DNA of 64,000 bases from Sedimentisphaeraceae bacterium JB056. GTDB taxonomy: Bacteria > Planctomycetota > Phycisphaerae > Sedimentisphaerales > Sedimentisphaeraceae. A program made the position numbers and the translations under genes. The stretch's first letter is position 1; the number at the start of each line of letters is the position of its first letter. Below the pieces are notes generated by a model. It saw only the letters and a list, made by a program, of their open reading frames with translations. It searched no databases and was not told where the DNA came from. Positions 29,765 through 39,093 of the stretch are shown piece by piece. The DNA lies in assembly GCA_044440125.1 (NCBI GenBank), contig JBITAJ010000004.1, positions 192,001 to 256,000 on the forward strand, given 5' to 3'.

Positions 29765-30568
29765 ATGATTGTTTTATATACCAAGGGCGGCCTATGCAAT
29801 AGAATGAGAGCGATTGACTCTGCACTAGCCGTAAGCCGGAAAACAGACCATAAACTGCTAATCATATGGCCTCTCGACAGCGATCTCAACTGCCGATTTG
29901 AAGAGCTTTTTATACCACTGGAAAACACCTCTGTAATCAACTCACGGCTATCCAAAACAGCTTTTAAGATAATCCAGAAAGCTTTCTCATTCCTGGAATT
30001 CATACCTTCACTTAAAACAATAAACGACACTCAGATAAATCAGATGGGCCTTAATAAGTTCCGAAGCCGTATATGCTCCATGGTCGCTGAAAGCAGATTT
30101 TTCCTTATATCATCAATGAACAGGCTCTATTCAGAACACGAAAAATACGAGTCAATGAAGCCCAATCGGGAGATATCCGAGAGAATAGAAAAAGAAACGG
30201 TGAAATTTGACGCTCATACGATAGGTCTTCACATCCGCCGTACAGACAACACCATATCGATAGAAAAAAGTCCCCTGTCACTATTTGAGAACGCCATGGA
30301 ACAGGAGATCGAAAAAGACCCGCAGGCCAACTTCTATATCGCCTCAGACTGCGTTGAAACTAAAAAACATCTCAGCGGCAAATTCCACGGCAAGGTAATA
30401 ACAAACTTCTCACCATCCTCAAGAGACTCTCAGGAAGGCGTGAAACAGGCAATGACCGAACTCTATGCTCTCTCGAAAACCCGCAAAGTCTACGGCTCAT
30501 ACTGGAGCTCGTTCTCAAGAACAGCACACGAAATCACCAGTATAGAAGGAATTACTCTTGAAAAATAA
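29765..30568 (+). CDS. Fucosyltransferase-like glycosyltransferase (GT-B, GT11/NodZ-like)
   Basis: 'GGLCNRMRAI', 'GLHIRRTD', 'YIASD', 'GSYWSSFS'. Confidence 0.75.
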   Translation: MIVLYTKGGLCNRMRAIDSALAVSRKTDHKLLIIWPLDSDLNCRFEELFIPLENTSVINSRLSKTAFKIIQKAFSFLEFIPSLKTINDTQINQMGLNKFRSRICSMVAESRFFLISSMNRLYSEHEKYESMKPNREISERIEKETVKFDAHTIGLHIRRTDNTISIEKSPLSLFENAMEQEIEKDPQANFYIASDCVETKKHLSGKFHGKVITNFSPSSRDSQEGVKQAMTELYALSKTRKVYGSYWSSFSRTAHEITSIEGITLEK

Positions 30569-30580
30569 TAGATAATTCAC

Positions 30581-30608
30581 GTAGGGAACGCCATCCCCAA
30601 CGTTCCGC
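30581..30608 (+). repeat. GTAG-type REP element (copy 2, degenerate)
   Basis: gtagggaacgccatccccaacgttccgc. Confidence 0.75.
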
Positions 30609-30695
30609 AAATCACAATAATCCTGAAGTCCAAATCTTTTTTAGTGTCTTTTCGTCAATTTCGTGGTTAATTTCCCCTTTTCAATCCCGTAGCGA

Positions 30696-30741
30696 CTGCC
30701 CCAAAAACAGTACCGCGAATGGAAATGAGCGGGCAATCCCC
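30696..30741 (+). repeat. 46-bp direct repeat (left copy); partner at 32759-32804
   Basis: ctgccccaaaaacagtacc(g/a)cgaatg(g/a)aaatgagcgggcaatcccc, 44/46 identical. Confidence 0.85.
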
Positions 30742-30756
30742 CTAAATCCCAAATCA

Positions 30757-32544
30757 TCAATTTTCAGCAGTCGTCATCCATTCAATAGTATTCAGCCAAT
30801 TTGCGGTCAGTTTCGCAAGATCAGACATATCAACAATACCGTCACGGTTGAAATCTCCCTCAAGAGTCCAATCACCTCTGGAAGCTTCCATTGTACCGCC
30901 ATAAGCACCCATATTTATCCTGCCCCCATGCGGCATAATTTCCCTGCATACATCCATACCCGGATCACCGGAATTAACACAAGGACTTGTCGCCTCATCA
31001 ACCACCCAAAGGTCAAGATCAGGCCGATATCTGCCCAATTCAGAACGAAGCCTGTAATCGCCATTTTCAAAATCAGCAAATAGAGGATTATTAAATATAT
31101 TGCCCTCACCAACGCCTTCACCAATCCGCTCAACACAACTATATCGAGCATAACAACCGGAAATATCTTGAGTGCTGTTATACCAGAATATACAATTAAC
31201 AACATCAGGTCCTGCACCATTCAATGCCATAAGTCCATTAAAGTTAGACAAGAAATTCACATTCTGAATAACAGGAGAACTTCCGGAAGCAAACACTCCA
31301 ATATAACTGTTTAGTATAGTAACATTCTTAAGAACACTTTCCCCATCTTCCCCGTCAATTAATGATACAGCAATTTGATCTCCGCCATCAATTATCACAT
31401 CACCGCCTGCTCCTTCAACTGTTACAGGCTTACCATCAAAGTAGATATTCTCCTGATAAGTACCCGGAAAAACAATGATACGGTCATTTAAGGCCGCACT
31501 GTCAATCGCAAATTGAATAGTAGCAAAAGCAGTCTCAGGGCTCAATCCATCATTATTGTCACTGCCGTAAATCCCGCCAACATAATAATCACCGCTTGCC
31601 GGTTCAACCATAATAGTTTTTTCTGCCATTGCCCACATACCGGAATCGTAATACAGAACAGCAATTGATCCCTCATAAGCCGGCGCAATTTCAGTAATCT
31701 TCACAAATCCGCTATCACTGATTTCAGCATACAGATTCGGGAAAAGCGACCAAGTGGCATCTTGAGTAACATCTACTATATTTCCATTATCATAATAGGC
31801 ATAAGTTTTAAATTGAGCATTATTATTTACCAGAGCAGGCCCTTCGATTTCTATTTTTGTTAGAATTGGTCCCTGCTGGCCATCTGAATATATTTTAACA
31901 TTATCTATAGCAACCGAGTTGCCCAAATCACTGGAACTGCTATTGCTTATGCGGAAAGAACCGAGACTCTCCGCACCAAGATCAACTGATTTTATGAGTG
32001 TGCCATCGATATATATGTTCCACTGCTGAAGTGTTAAATCGACATCCATTCCAATATGGAAAGGCACTCCAGCCGAATAACTGTAATCCAATACACCTGC
32101 ATCATTCGTACCCCAAATAGCGACACTGCCATCGTCGTGAAATTTTAATGTACGAACACTTGGCGTATCAAGAACAAGCGTAAGATTTCCTGTAATACAT
32201 TCAATGAGCACATCCATTTCTATATAATATTTAGGGAATGCTGCTGTAAAGGAATCGTCAAACCCAAAATAGATTTGGCTATAGTCAGTATTTCCGCCTG
32301 CACCATAACCTGACAAACTTAATGGCTGATCAGTTAAAGCTCCAACAGAGCTGACAACTTTGGGTTCACCGAATCGAATTTCTTTAGGTCCTTTTCTTGG
32401 TAGAACACCGTCATCAACAACTACAGTTTCGCCTAAAGTATGTGGTGGAGAGCTGAAATCTACATCATAAAGCAAAGTAGTTTGAGCTGCGCAATAGCAA
32501 CAGCACAGCAAGATTAAGCCTAAAAATCCCCTAATTCTCATCAT
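30757..32544 (-). CDS. Secreted beta-helix (pectin-lyase-like fold) protein with C-terminal dockerin-like domain
   Basis: Signal peptide, 'DNNDGLSPETAFATIQFAID', 'PGTYQENI', 'SPCVNSGDP..RINMGAYGG', 'GDFNRDGIVDMSDLAKLTANWL'. Confidence 0.75.
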   Translation of the reverse strand: MMRIRGFLGLILLCCCYCAAQTTLLYDVDFSSPPHTLGETVVVDDGVLPRKGPKEIRFGEPKVVSSVGALTDQPLSLSGYGAGGNTDYSQIYFGFDDSFTAAFPKYYIEMDVLIECITGNLTLVLDTPSVRTLKFHDDGSVAIWGTNDAGVLDYSYSAGVPFHIGMDVDLTLQQWNIYIDGTLIKSVDLGAESLGSFRISNSSSSDLGNSVAIDNVKIYSDGQQGPILTKIEIEGPALVNNNAQFKTYAYYDNGNIVDVTQDATWSLFPNLYAEISDSGFVKITEIAPAYEGSIAVLYYDSGMWAMAEKTIMVEPASGDYYVGGIYGSDNNDGLSPETAFATIQFAIDSAALNDRIIVFPGTYQENIYFDGKPVTVEGAGGDVIIDGGDQIAVSLIDGEDGESVLKNVTILNSYIGVFASGSSPVIQNVNFLSNFNGLMALNGAGPDVVNCIFWYNSTQDISGCYARYSCVERIGEGVGEGNIFNNPLFADFENGDYRLRSELGRYRPDLDLWVVDEATSPCVNSGDPGMDVCREIMPHGGRINMGAYGGTMEASRGDWTLEGDFNRDGIVDMSDLAKLTANWLNTIEWMTTAEN

Positions 32545-32725
32545 ATCACCTTTCCGGTTAATAGCGGCATCAACAAATTCTGATTTTCCCAAATTGAAAC
32601 CTAAATATACCCAACGGCTTCAACTTTTCAATGTTTTATATTGAATTACCCGCAAAAACTTTAGGCAAAATCAAAACTCATACAAATGTCTAACATAAAC
32701 AACATTTATCCTATTGCATATTACC

Positions 32726-32753
32726 GTAGGGAACGCTGTCCTCAGCGTTCCGC
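32726..32753 (+). repeat. GTAG-type REP element (copy 3)
   Basis: gtagggaacgctgtcctcagcgttccgc. Confidence 0.8.
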
Positions 32754-32827
32754 AAACCCTGCCCCAAAAACAGTACCACGAATGAAAATGAGCGGGCAAT
32801 CCCCATAAAATCCTAATCCTTAATTCG

Positions 32828-32980
32828 TAATTATTTTAGTGATCTTCGTGTAATTCGTGGTAAAATAACAATCCAGTAAACTCACTCAAAGTGTAAGCCA
32901 TATTTTCTACTCGCTGCGAACTACGAACTACGAACTACGAACTACGAACTACGAACTGTTAACTGATAACTGCTGACTGA
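32828..32980 (+). repeat. Mosaic direct repeat on the left of the CRISPR-cas12a locus
   Basis: 33-bp block 32828-32860 matches 38297-38329 at 32/33. The block 'aagccatatt(t/a)tctactcgctgcgaact' plus (acgaact)n is also repeated at 38360. Confidence 0.85.
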
Positions 32981-33075
32981 TTTATTGCCAACTTTCAATT
33001 AACAATGAAATGCTCATGTCTCATTCGTCACAATAGTCCCATTTTGTCCCTTAGACTTAGTGGCGGTGAGCCGTG

Positions 33076-34079
33076 ATTAATAACAGTAGAAATTTACTTA
33101 GTCCTTTAGACCTCTCTTCTCTTTGCCATTTTTCTTACTCATCTACAACAGTAGAAATTTACTTAGTCCTTTAGACGCAAAAACAAAAAGAGGGCCAGCT
33201 ACTGATCTACAACAGTAGAAATTTACTTAGTCCTTTAGACACTAAATCCTACACGAATTCCGCCTCTGAATCTACAACAGTAGAAATTTACTTAGTCCTT
33301 TAGACTTATATAATTCAATGCCACTGCTGGACGAATCTACAACAGTAGAAATTTACTTAGTCCTTTAGACATTTATATCTTTTTGTTTTATTGTATCAGG
33401 ATCTACAACAGTAGAAATTTACTTAGTCCTTTAGACCTCTGGTTTGACTCTCAATCATCTATCACATCTACAACAGTAGAAATTTACTTAGTCCTTTAGA
33501 CCATACAACAATTAACAAGTGAGGAAACAATATCTACAACAGTAGAAATTTACTTAGTCCTTTAGACACCCAACATTACATGAAAATGTACCAATCTACA
33601 ACAGTAGAAATTTACTTAGTCCTTTAGACCAGTAGCGTGGCACTATCTCCAGCATCGCATCTACAACAGTAGAAATTTACTTAGTCCTTTAGACTACCAA
33701 GATTTTCGACATACTTTCCTTGATCTACAACAGTAGAAATTTACTTAGTCCTTTAGACAATAGATAGCACCCTGCAAATCTTCATCAATCTACAACAGTA
33801 GAAATTTACTTAGTCCTTTAGACTTGATTTATCTTTAACTTTCTCATCGTAATCTACAACAGTAGAAATTTACTTAGTCCTTTAGACGAAGAGCAGCAGG
33901 TTGATGAGGATCAAATCTACAACAGTAGAAATTTACTTAGTCCTTTAGACCAAGCAGATTATGTTTATCCGCCAAGCAATCTACAACAGTAGAAATTTAC
34001 TTAGTCCTTTAGACCAAATACGTTTTTAGCGAGGCATTAAAATATCTACAACAGTAGAAATTTACTTAGTCCTTTAGAC
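33076..34079 (-). CRISPR. Type V-A CRISPR array: 16 repeats of 36 bp and 15 spacers of 26-30 bp
   Basis: Sense repeat GTCTAAAGGACTAAGTAAATTTCTACTGTTGTAGAT with the canonical Cas12a handle. 15 identical copies plus a trailer copy with 3 mismatches (33076-33111); a vestigial half-repeat at 33041-33056. Confidence 0.99.
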
Positions 34080-34239
34080 AGCTATTTGCCAGTTACTACC
34101 ATATAATGTGGTACTGCTCAAGATTGCTGTCATATATATTGTAGGACTGTATATCATTTTATAAAAAATCAGCTCAAAACCCATTCTTAATTATCAATTT
34201 TTAATTTTTAATTGACATAATATTCTTCCATTTCTACAC
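34080..34239 (-). promoter_or_regulatory. AT-rich CRISPR leader
   Basis: 160-bp non-coding stretch between the cas12a stop and the first perfect repeat. Confidence 0.7.
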
Positions 34240-37200
34240 TCACTCTTGTTGAACAAAATCAAGCCAATCCTTATTACTTACAGCCTCAGCCTTACCGTTC
34301 TTTCTTATTTTATCCAACAACAGTAATCCCTTGCGGGCAATATTATACGCTCCATTCGCATCAGCATCGCACGGCAAGAAAGAATCCTGTGAACATCTTC
34401 GGGAATCAAAAAAATCTCCATTCGCATCGGCAACAGGAGAAAGTATAAAATCAATCTCCTCTCCATTCTCTTTATAGCTATGCCTCAATTGTAGAGTAAG
34501 TCCAAGACAAAACATTACTTCACGATAAAAAGCCGCCGTCTCTTTCTTACCACTGCAAACACTCGTTATAGCTTCAATTAAATCACCGTTTGAATAGTCA
34601 ATATTATTTTCTTTCAACACCTTTTTCAACCGCCCCGTTACATCATAACAGTTATATTTTCTCTCTTCCCTGTTATAACGGTATCGCTGCTTGCCATGCG
34701 TACAGATTGTCCACACCTTCTTATCTGCCGCTCTATCAGTAAACTTGCTATAGTCCAACTCAAATTCAAAATAATCTTTCTCACTGTTATATTTAATACT
34801 ATCAAACTTGCTTAAAAAATTACGGCTCTTATCAACACTCTCATATTTCACCTTTACCAAACTGACAAACCCCGTTACAGGATCAATCTTGGAAGTATTC
34901 CAGGCAGGAACATAATACAAAAATCCGCTTTGCTTACCAAGCTTCTGAAAACTTTCAAACGGTGCGGTAAACTGATAAGCCTTCAGATAATGCCCGGCTT
35001 GCCCGAAATCTCTATCCTTAAACACAAGATAATTAAGTTTATCAATTAATGCCTTTTCAAACTTCTGATAAACCTGCTTCTCCACCTTAAAACGCCCACG
35101 CTTAAATCCAAAGTTTAAATCTTCAAGCACAACAACCGCATTATGCTCTACCATAAGAGTCGCTATTTTATGTACAACATGCGAGAGATAACCGCTCTTT
35201 AACTCCTTGATATTTTCAACCGCTGTCCACGACTTACGCGCAGCATCCCGCTCTTTCTCCTTACCATCAAGCAACTGATGATAATCAGTTGTCTTGTATA
35301 TTTTCTTGCCCCCGCTTACAAGATTATTGGTGATTCTGTTCAATGAACCCTGCTCAATAATCTCACCTTCCTTATTAATAAGGCTGTAGTAAAGCAGATG
35401 TCTCTCACCTCGATCAATACCGATTATCTTCACATCATTATCTGTTACATACTTATTAACCTTATCATTGAATTTACCGGCTATGCCGCCCTTGAAATTT
35501 AACGTGATAGGACAATGGAAAAAGAATTTATCTTTCGTAAATCGCTTGTCCTTTACAATATCATAATCAAACTTACTGTATTTCTTTTCCGAAAGCGGAT
35601 TCTTATTTGCTAAAGCTTCATTTTTACGATGAATCACAACTTCATTTTTCTTCTTATCTAAAGAAGCCTTGCGGAAAAACACCTCCGCCTGACCATTGAG
35701 CTTCAAGACTAGGTCATTAAGATTATTTTGATTAAACAACAGCTTCCAATAACTTGTATGAAGATTAGGACGCCCCTTGCTGTAAGGCGAAAAATCCTTA
35801 CTGTATATCTCAAACAAATAAAGCTCCCCACTGGCTATCTTTGACTCAATATAGCTTGCCTTGATTTTATCAAATGACATATGATAGCCATCATTAGCAA
35901 CTTGCTTGTAAAAAGAACTAACATCAGAATAATCCTTCGTAGGTAAAAAATCAAAATTGAAATATTTACTCCACTCAGGATGTTTAGAAAGCGAGACTTT
36001 CATAAATTCTATCCACTTATGGAGAGAATCTATATCATCTGCATCCTTCTTGAATAAACCATTATCCCTGATATTATTCAATTCTTCTGAAGGTGAATAA
36101 AAATCAATATTCTTTTTACTGAAAAACACTTTCGGCAGCATCTTAGATGGATCGGGAAGTAATTTATACACCATCTTTTCAAAATAATCATCAGTAACAT
36201 CTGCTAAAGCTTCATTCGCAATATCTTGCTTCTGCTTTGCTTTCTTCTCTGAATCTTCCGCCGATGCAATATAATCAAACATCTTATTGGCACTTTTCTT
36301 CATAATACCAAGATAATATTTTCCTCCTCTAAAAAGCAAAACGGAAGTATTGTCTGTTTCCTTGCTCACATCCCAACCATCAAGCAAAGTGCTGTTCTCA
36401 AAATTTATCTTAAATTTATCTGTCGAGTAAGGCTTTTTAGTAACATGATTTCTGACCTTATTATAAATCACAAAACATTTATCAAGCTGTCTGTAAGCTT
36501 CATTAAAACTGTCATAAAAATCAATGTTTACCTCAGCAATCTCTATTTTCTTGCCGCCTTTTACCATAAACAGCGGACGCAGGAATTGCCCAACAGAAAG
36601 CAGACTGTCAAGATAAATACGAATCTTCTCTACCTGCTTGAACCCTTCTTTATCAATCCTTCTGTCTTTATGCAATTGTTCAAGTTCAAGTACTGGTTTA
36701 AGTTCCTGATATGACTGCTCAATTAAAGAAGCAAACTCTTCGCCATCTCGCTGAAAACCCTTAAAGTATTGACAAATATCCTTAGTCTCAATATCCTCAT
36801 TTTCTACAAGATAAATATCGACAGCTTCCTGCACCTCTTTAATCGAATAACAATCCCTCTTATCCCATTGTTCTTTTTGTTTCTTTGTAAGCGTTAAATA
36901 ATTTTCTGCATAATTATTCAATGCATCACCAACAACCGACCACTGCCCCCATACGGCATTGGATATACCTGTAAGCTCTAAAGCCTTAACATATATTTTG
37001 TCACTGTTTTCAGCAGTCAAATACTCATTCAGTATATTTTTGATTGTAGATAATAGTTCAGTCGCTAACAGTTGGCTATGCAAATCCTTTATAGCGTTAA
37101 ATACTTCCTTGTCATCAACAAACTTATCAACAATAAATCGGCTGTCAATATCACTCAATATCTGCTTATACAAAATCGCCATCTTAGGCAATTCTCGTGC

Positions 37201-38079
37201 CTTTATATGATTTTTTTGCCCAAATTCATTTATAAGCTGATTAACTCCTTTAGCATTTATATCATCAGATTTATGTCCGATTTTCTCGTTATATTCAGTT
37301 ATACCACTCTGACTTAAACACTGCGTAAAAGCAGAAGGCTTGAACATCTCACTATATTCTGAAAGCAATTTAGCTAATTCAGGAAACTTCTTTTCAATTC
37401 TGTCAAACCTGATACAGTTATCAAAATGCTTGGTTAAATTCTCGTTAACTATTCGATAAGAAATAGCCGTTTGCTGATCTTTATCACTGTAAACATTATC
37501 ACGGTTTTGATTGAAGCCGGTAAAATAAGTACTGAACTGGTTAAAATTACTTACATATTTTACTCTGTCCTCAAATTCTTCCTGAGAAATATCCTCATTT
37601 TCATATTCTTTTTTAAGCCAATCCCAAAGACGCCCCTTAGTCTTCTTCGCCCCGCTGCCTGATTCATTGACAAGTTTACTAAATTTACCCTTGTAAAGAT
37701 GGTAATCCTTGCTTTTTGCAGCAAATGCCTTACCTATTTTCTGACGCATCTCCTTTTGCCGCCTAACTAACTTGTCTTTCACATCTTTGCCCGCACCGGA
37801 AGCCTTAGCCTGACAATATTTATCCGCATAATCTTCTAATTCCGCTTTGGTGAAAATTTCTTCGCTCAAAACCTCCTCTATAAAAAACCGATGATAATCA
37901 TCCAATATCCTCTTCATCTGTATATAATCTTGCGCACGCTGCCTATCTTCAGCAACAATACTCTTTAACCCCTCATTCTTAAAATCCTCAATCCGCTCAG
38001 CGGTCTCCCCAACCGCTCGGAGTTCAAAGCGAAGTGTTTTGCTCAATGAGTAGCAATTTGTAAATTCCTGCATTTTCAT
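34240..38079 (-). CDS. cas12a: Type V-A CRISPR effector Cas12a (Cpf1)
   Basis: 'FTNCYSLSKTLRFEL', 'KLLPDPSKMLPKVFF', 'PNLHTSYW', RuvC-I 'IGIDRGERHL', RuvC-II 'VLEDLNFGFKRGR', RuvC-III 'DADANGAYNIARKG'; adjacent V-A array. The ATG at 38073 has better RBS spacing. Confidence 0.99.
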   Translation of the reverse strand: MKMQEFTNCYSLSKTLRFELRAVGETAERIEDFKNEGLKSIVAEDRQRAQDYIQMKRILDDYHRFFIEEVLSEEIFTKAELEDYADKYCQAKASGAGKDVKDKLVRRQKEMRQKIGKAFAAKSKDYHLYKGKFSKLVNESGSGAKKTKGRLWDWLKKEYENEDISQEEFEDRVKYVSNFNQFSTYFTGFNQNRDNVYSDKDQQTAISYRIVNENLTKHFDNCIRFDRIEKKFPELAKLLSEYSEMFKPSAFTQCLSQSGITEYNEKIGHKSDDINAKGVNQLINEFGQKNHIKARELPKMAILYKQILSDIDSRFIVDKFVDDKEVFNAIKDLHSQLLATELLSTIKNILNEYLTAENSDKIYVKALELTGISNAVWGQWSVVGDALNNYAENYLTLTKKQKEQWDKRDCYSIKEVQEAVDIYLVENEDIETKDICQYFKGFQRDGEEFASLIEQSYQELKPVLELEQLHKDRRIDKEGFKQVEKIRIYLDSLLSVGQFLRPLFMVKGGKKIEIAEVNIDFYDSFNEAYRQLDKCFVIYNKVRNHVTKKPYSTDKFKINFENSTLLDGWDVSKETDNTSVLLFRGGKYYLGIMKKSANKMFDYIASAEDSEKKAKQKQDIANEALADVTDDYFEKMVYKLLPDPSKMLPKVFFSKKNIDFYSPSEELNNIRDNGLFKKDADDIDSLHKWIEFMKVSLSKHPEWSKYFNFDFLPTKDYSDVSSFYKQVANDGYHMSFDKIKASYIESKIASGELYLFEIYSKDFSPYSKGRPNLHTSYWKLLFNQNNLNDLVLKLNGQAEVFFRKASLDKKKNEVVIHRKNEALANKNPLSEKKYSKFDYDIVKDKRFTKDKFFFHCPITLNFKGGIAGKFNDKVNKYVTDNDVKIIGIDRGERHLLYYSLINKEGEIIEQGSLNRITNNLVSGGKKIYKTTDYHQLLDGKEKERDAARKSWTAVENIKELKSGYLSHVVHKIATLMVEHNAVVVLEDLNFGFKRGRFKVEKQVYQKFEKALIDKLNYLVFKDRDFGQAGHYLKAYQFTAPFESFQKLGKQSGFLYYVPAWNTSKIDPVTGFVSLVKVKYESVDKSRNFLSKFDSIKYNSEKDYFEFELDYSKFTDRAADKKVWTICTHGKQRYRYNREERKYNCYDVTGRLKKVLKENNIDYSNGDLIEAITSVCSGKKETAAFYREVMFCLGLTLQLRHSYKENGEEIDFILSPVADANGDFFDSRRCSQDSFLPCDADANGAYNIARKGLLLLDKIRKNGKAEAVSNKDWLDFVQQE

Positions 38080-38170
38080 CTCCTTAAATCATTAGTATTA
38101 AAAGTATAATATTAAACTCTGCCTCACAAACATCAAGAAAAAACAATAAATCATCTCCACCTCACGGCGA

Positions 38171-38455
38171 AAGCCATATTATCTACTCGCTGCTATCTGC
38201 AAACTGCGAACTGATAATTGATAACTGTTAACTGAATCGCGTCTTTGCGTTAAAAAATTCCGTCTCCATCATCCCTAATTCCTAATTTGTAATTTATAAT
38301 TATTTTAGTGATCTTCGTGTGATTCGTGGGCAAGAATACCCAATCAATCATCACAGTATAAGCCATATTATCTACTCGCTGCGAACTGCGAACTACGAAC
38401 TACGAACTACGAACTGATAATTGATAACTGATAATTGATAACTGAATCGCGTCTT
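38171..38455 (+). repeat. Mosaic direct repeat on the right of cas12a (two tandem partial copies)
   Basis: 'aagccatattatctactcgctgc..gaactgataattgataactg..aactgaatcgcgtctt' at 38171 and 38360; the 33-bp block at 38297. Confidence 0.85.
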
Positions 38456-39093
38456 AGCGCCTAATGCCTTTTGCCAAGTGCCCTGTGCCTATCCAATAGC
38501 AACATAGTGTTAAAACCCTCGTTTTTTTCGAGTCCGATGAGACTTTTCCAAATTTCGCCCCATTTTTGACCAAAAATCGTCAAAAAGTGAACAAAAAGCG
38601 CGCGTTTGGGCGCATTTGAGACCACTTTGGCCTCAATTTAGGCCCAAAAAAGTTATACTATCTTGCTATTCAAGACAAACCAAGTGTCCAAGTTGCTTGC
38701 ATTTTCGCACAAAATCACTCATTTACACCCCCGCCAAATCCCCAAAAATTAATTTTTTCAATTATCCATTATCAATTGTTTAACACCTTTCAAACATTTC
38801 ACACTTTTCGCACCTTAAAACATTATTAATCAACAACTTACTCGACATACTATTGCCTATTACCTTTTGCCTTGCTCCTCTAATGCCTCTTGCCAAGTGC
38901 CTACTGCCTACCTATAAAAAAAAGCACAAACGCGCAAGCTGCCTTAAACATGCATACTGGCATCAATTTTATCTCCAATTAACGGCTATGACCATAAATT
39001 CTTTGACTTTTACGGCTAAAAACGGATACTAATGCGGTTTTAGAGTAACAAAAACAGACAAATTTACATATACAAACAAATATTTGGTGAAAT

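Noticed and set aside
32896..32920. 'atattttctactcgctgcgaa' (also at 38175 and 38364) resembles the Cas12a handle AATTTCTACT, suggesting orphan mini-repeats
   Set aside because: There is no complementary GTAGA arm, so no handle stem, and the orientation is opposite to the array. It is better explained as part of flanking block B.
33112..34043. Self-targeting spacers within the window
   Set aside because: No match was noticed by eye. This is not exhaustive and needs BLASTN.
34240..38079. Possibility that the effector is nuclease-dead or a transposon-associated Cas12
   Set aside because: The RuvC D/E/D residues are intact, and no tns or transposase genes are nearby.
38160..38170. The 19-nt trailer spacer shares CACGGC with the region upstream of cas12a (possible autoregulatory guide)
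   Set aside because: Only 6 nt match and there is no adjacent TTTV PAM, which is expected by chance.
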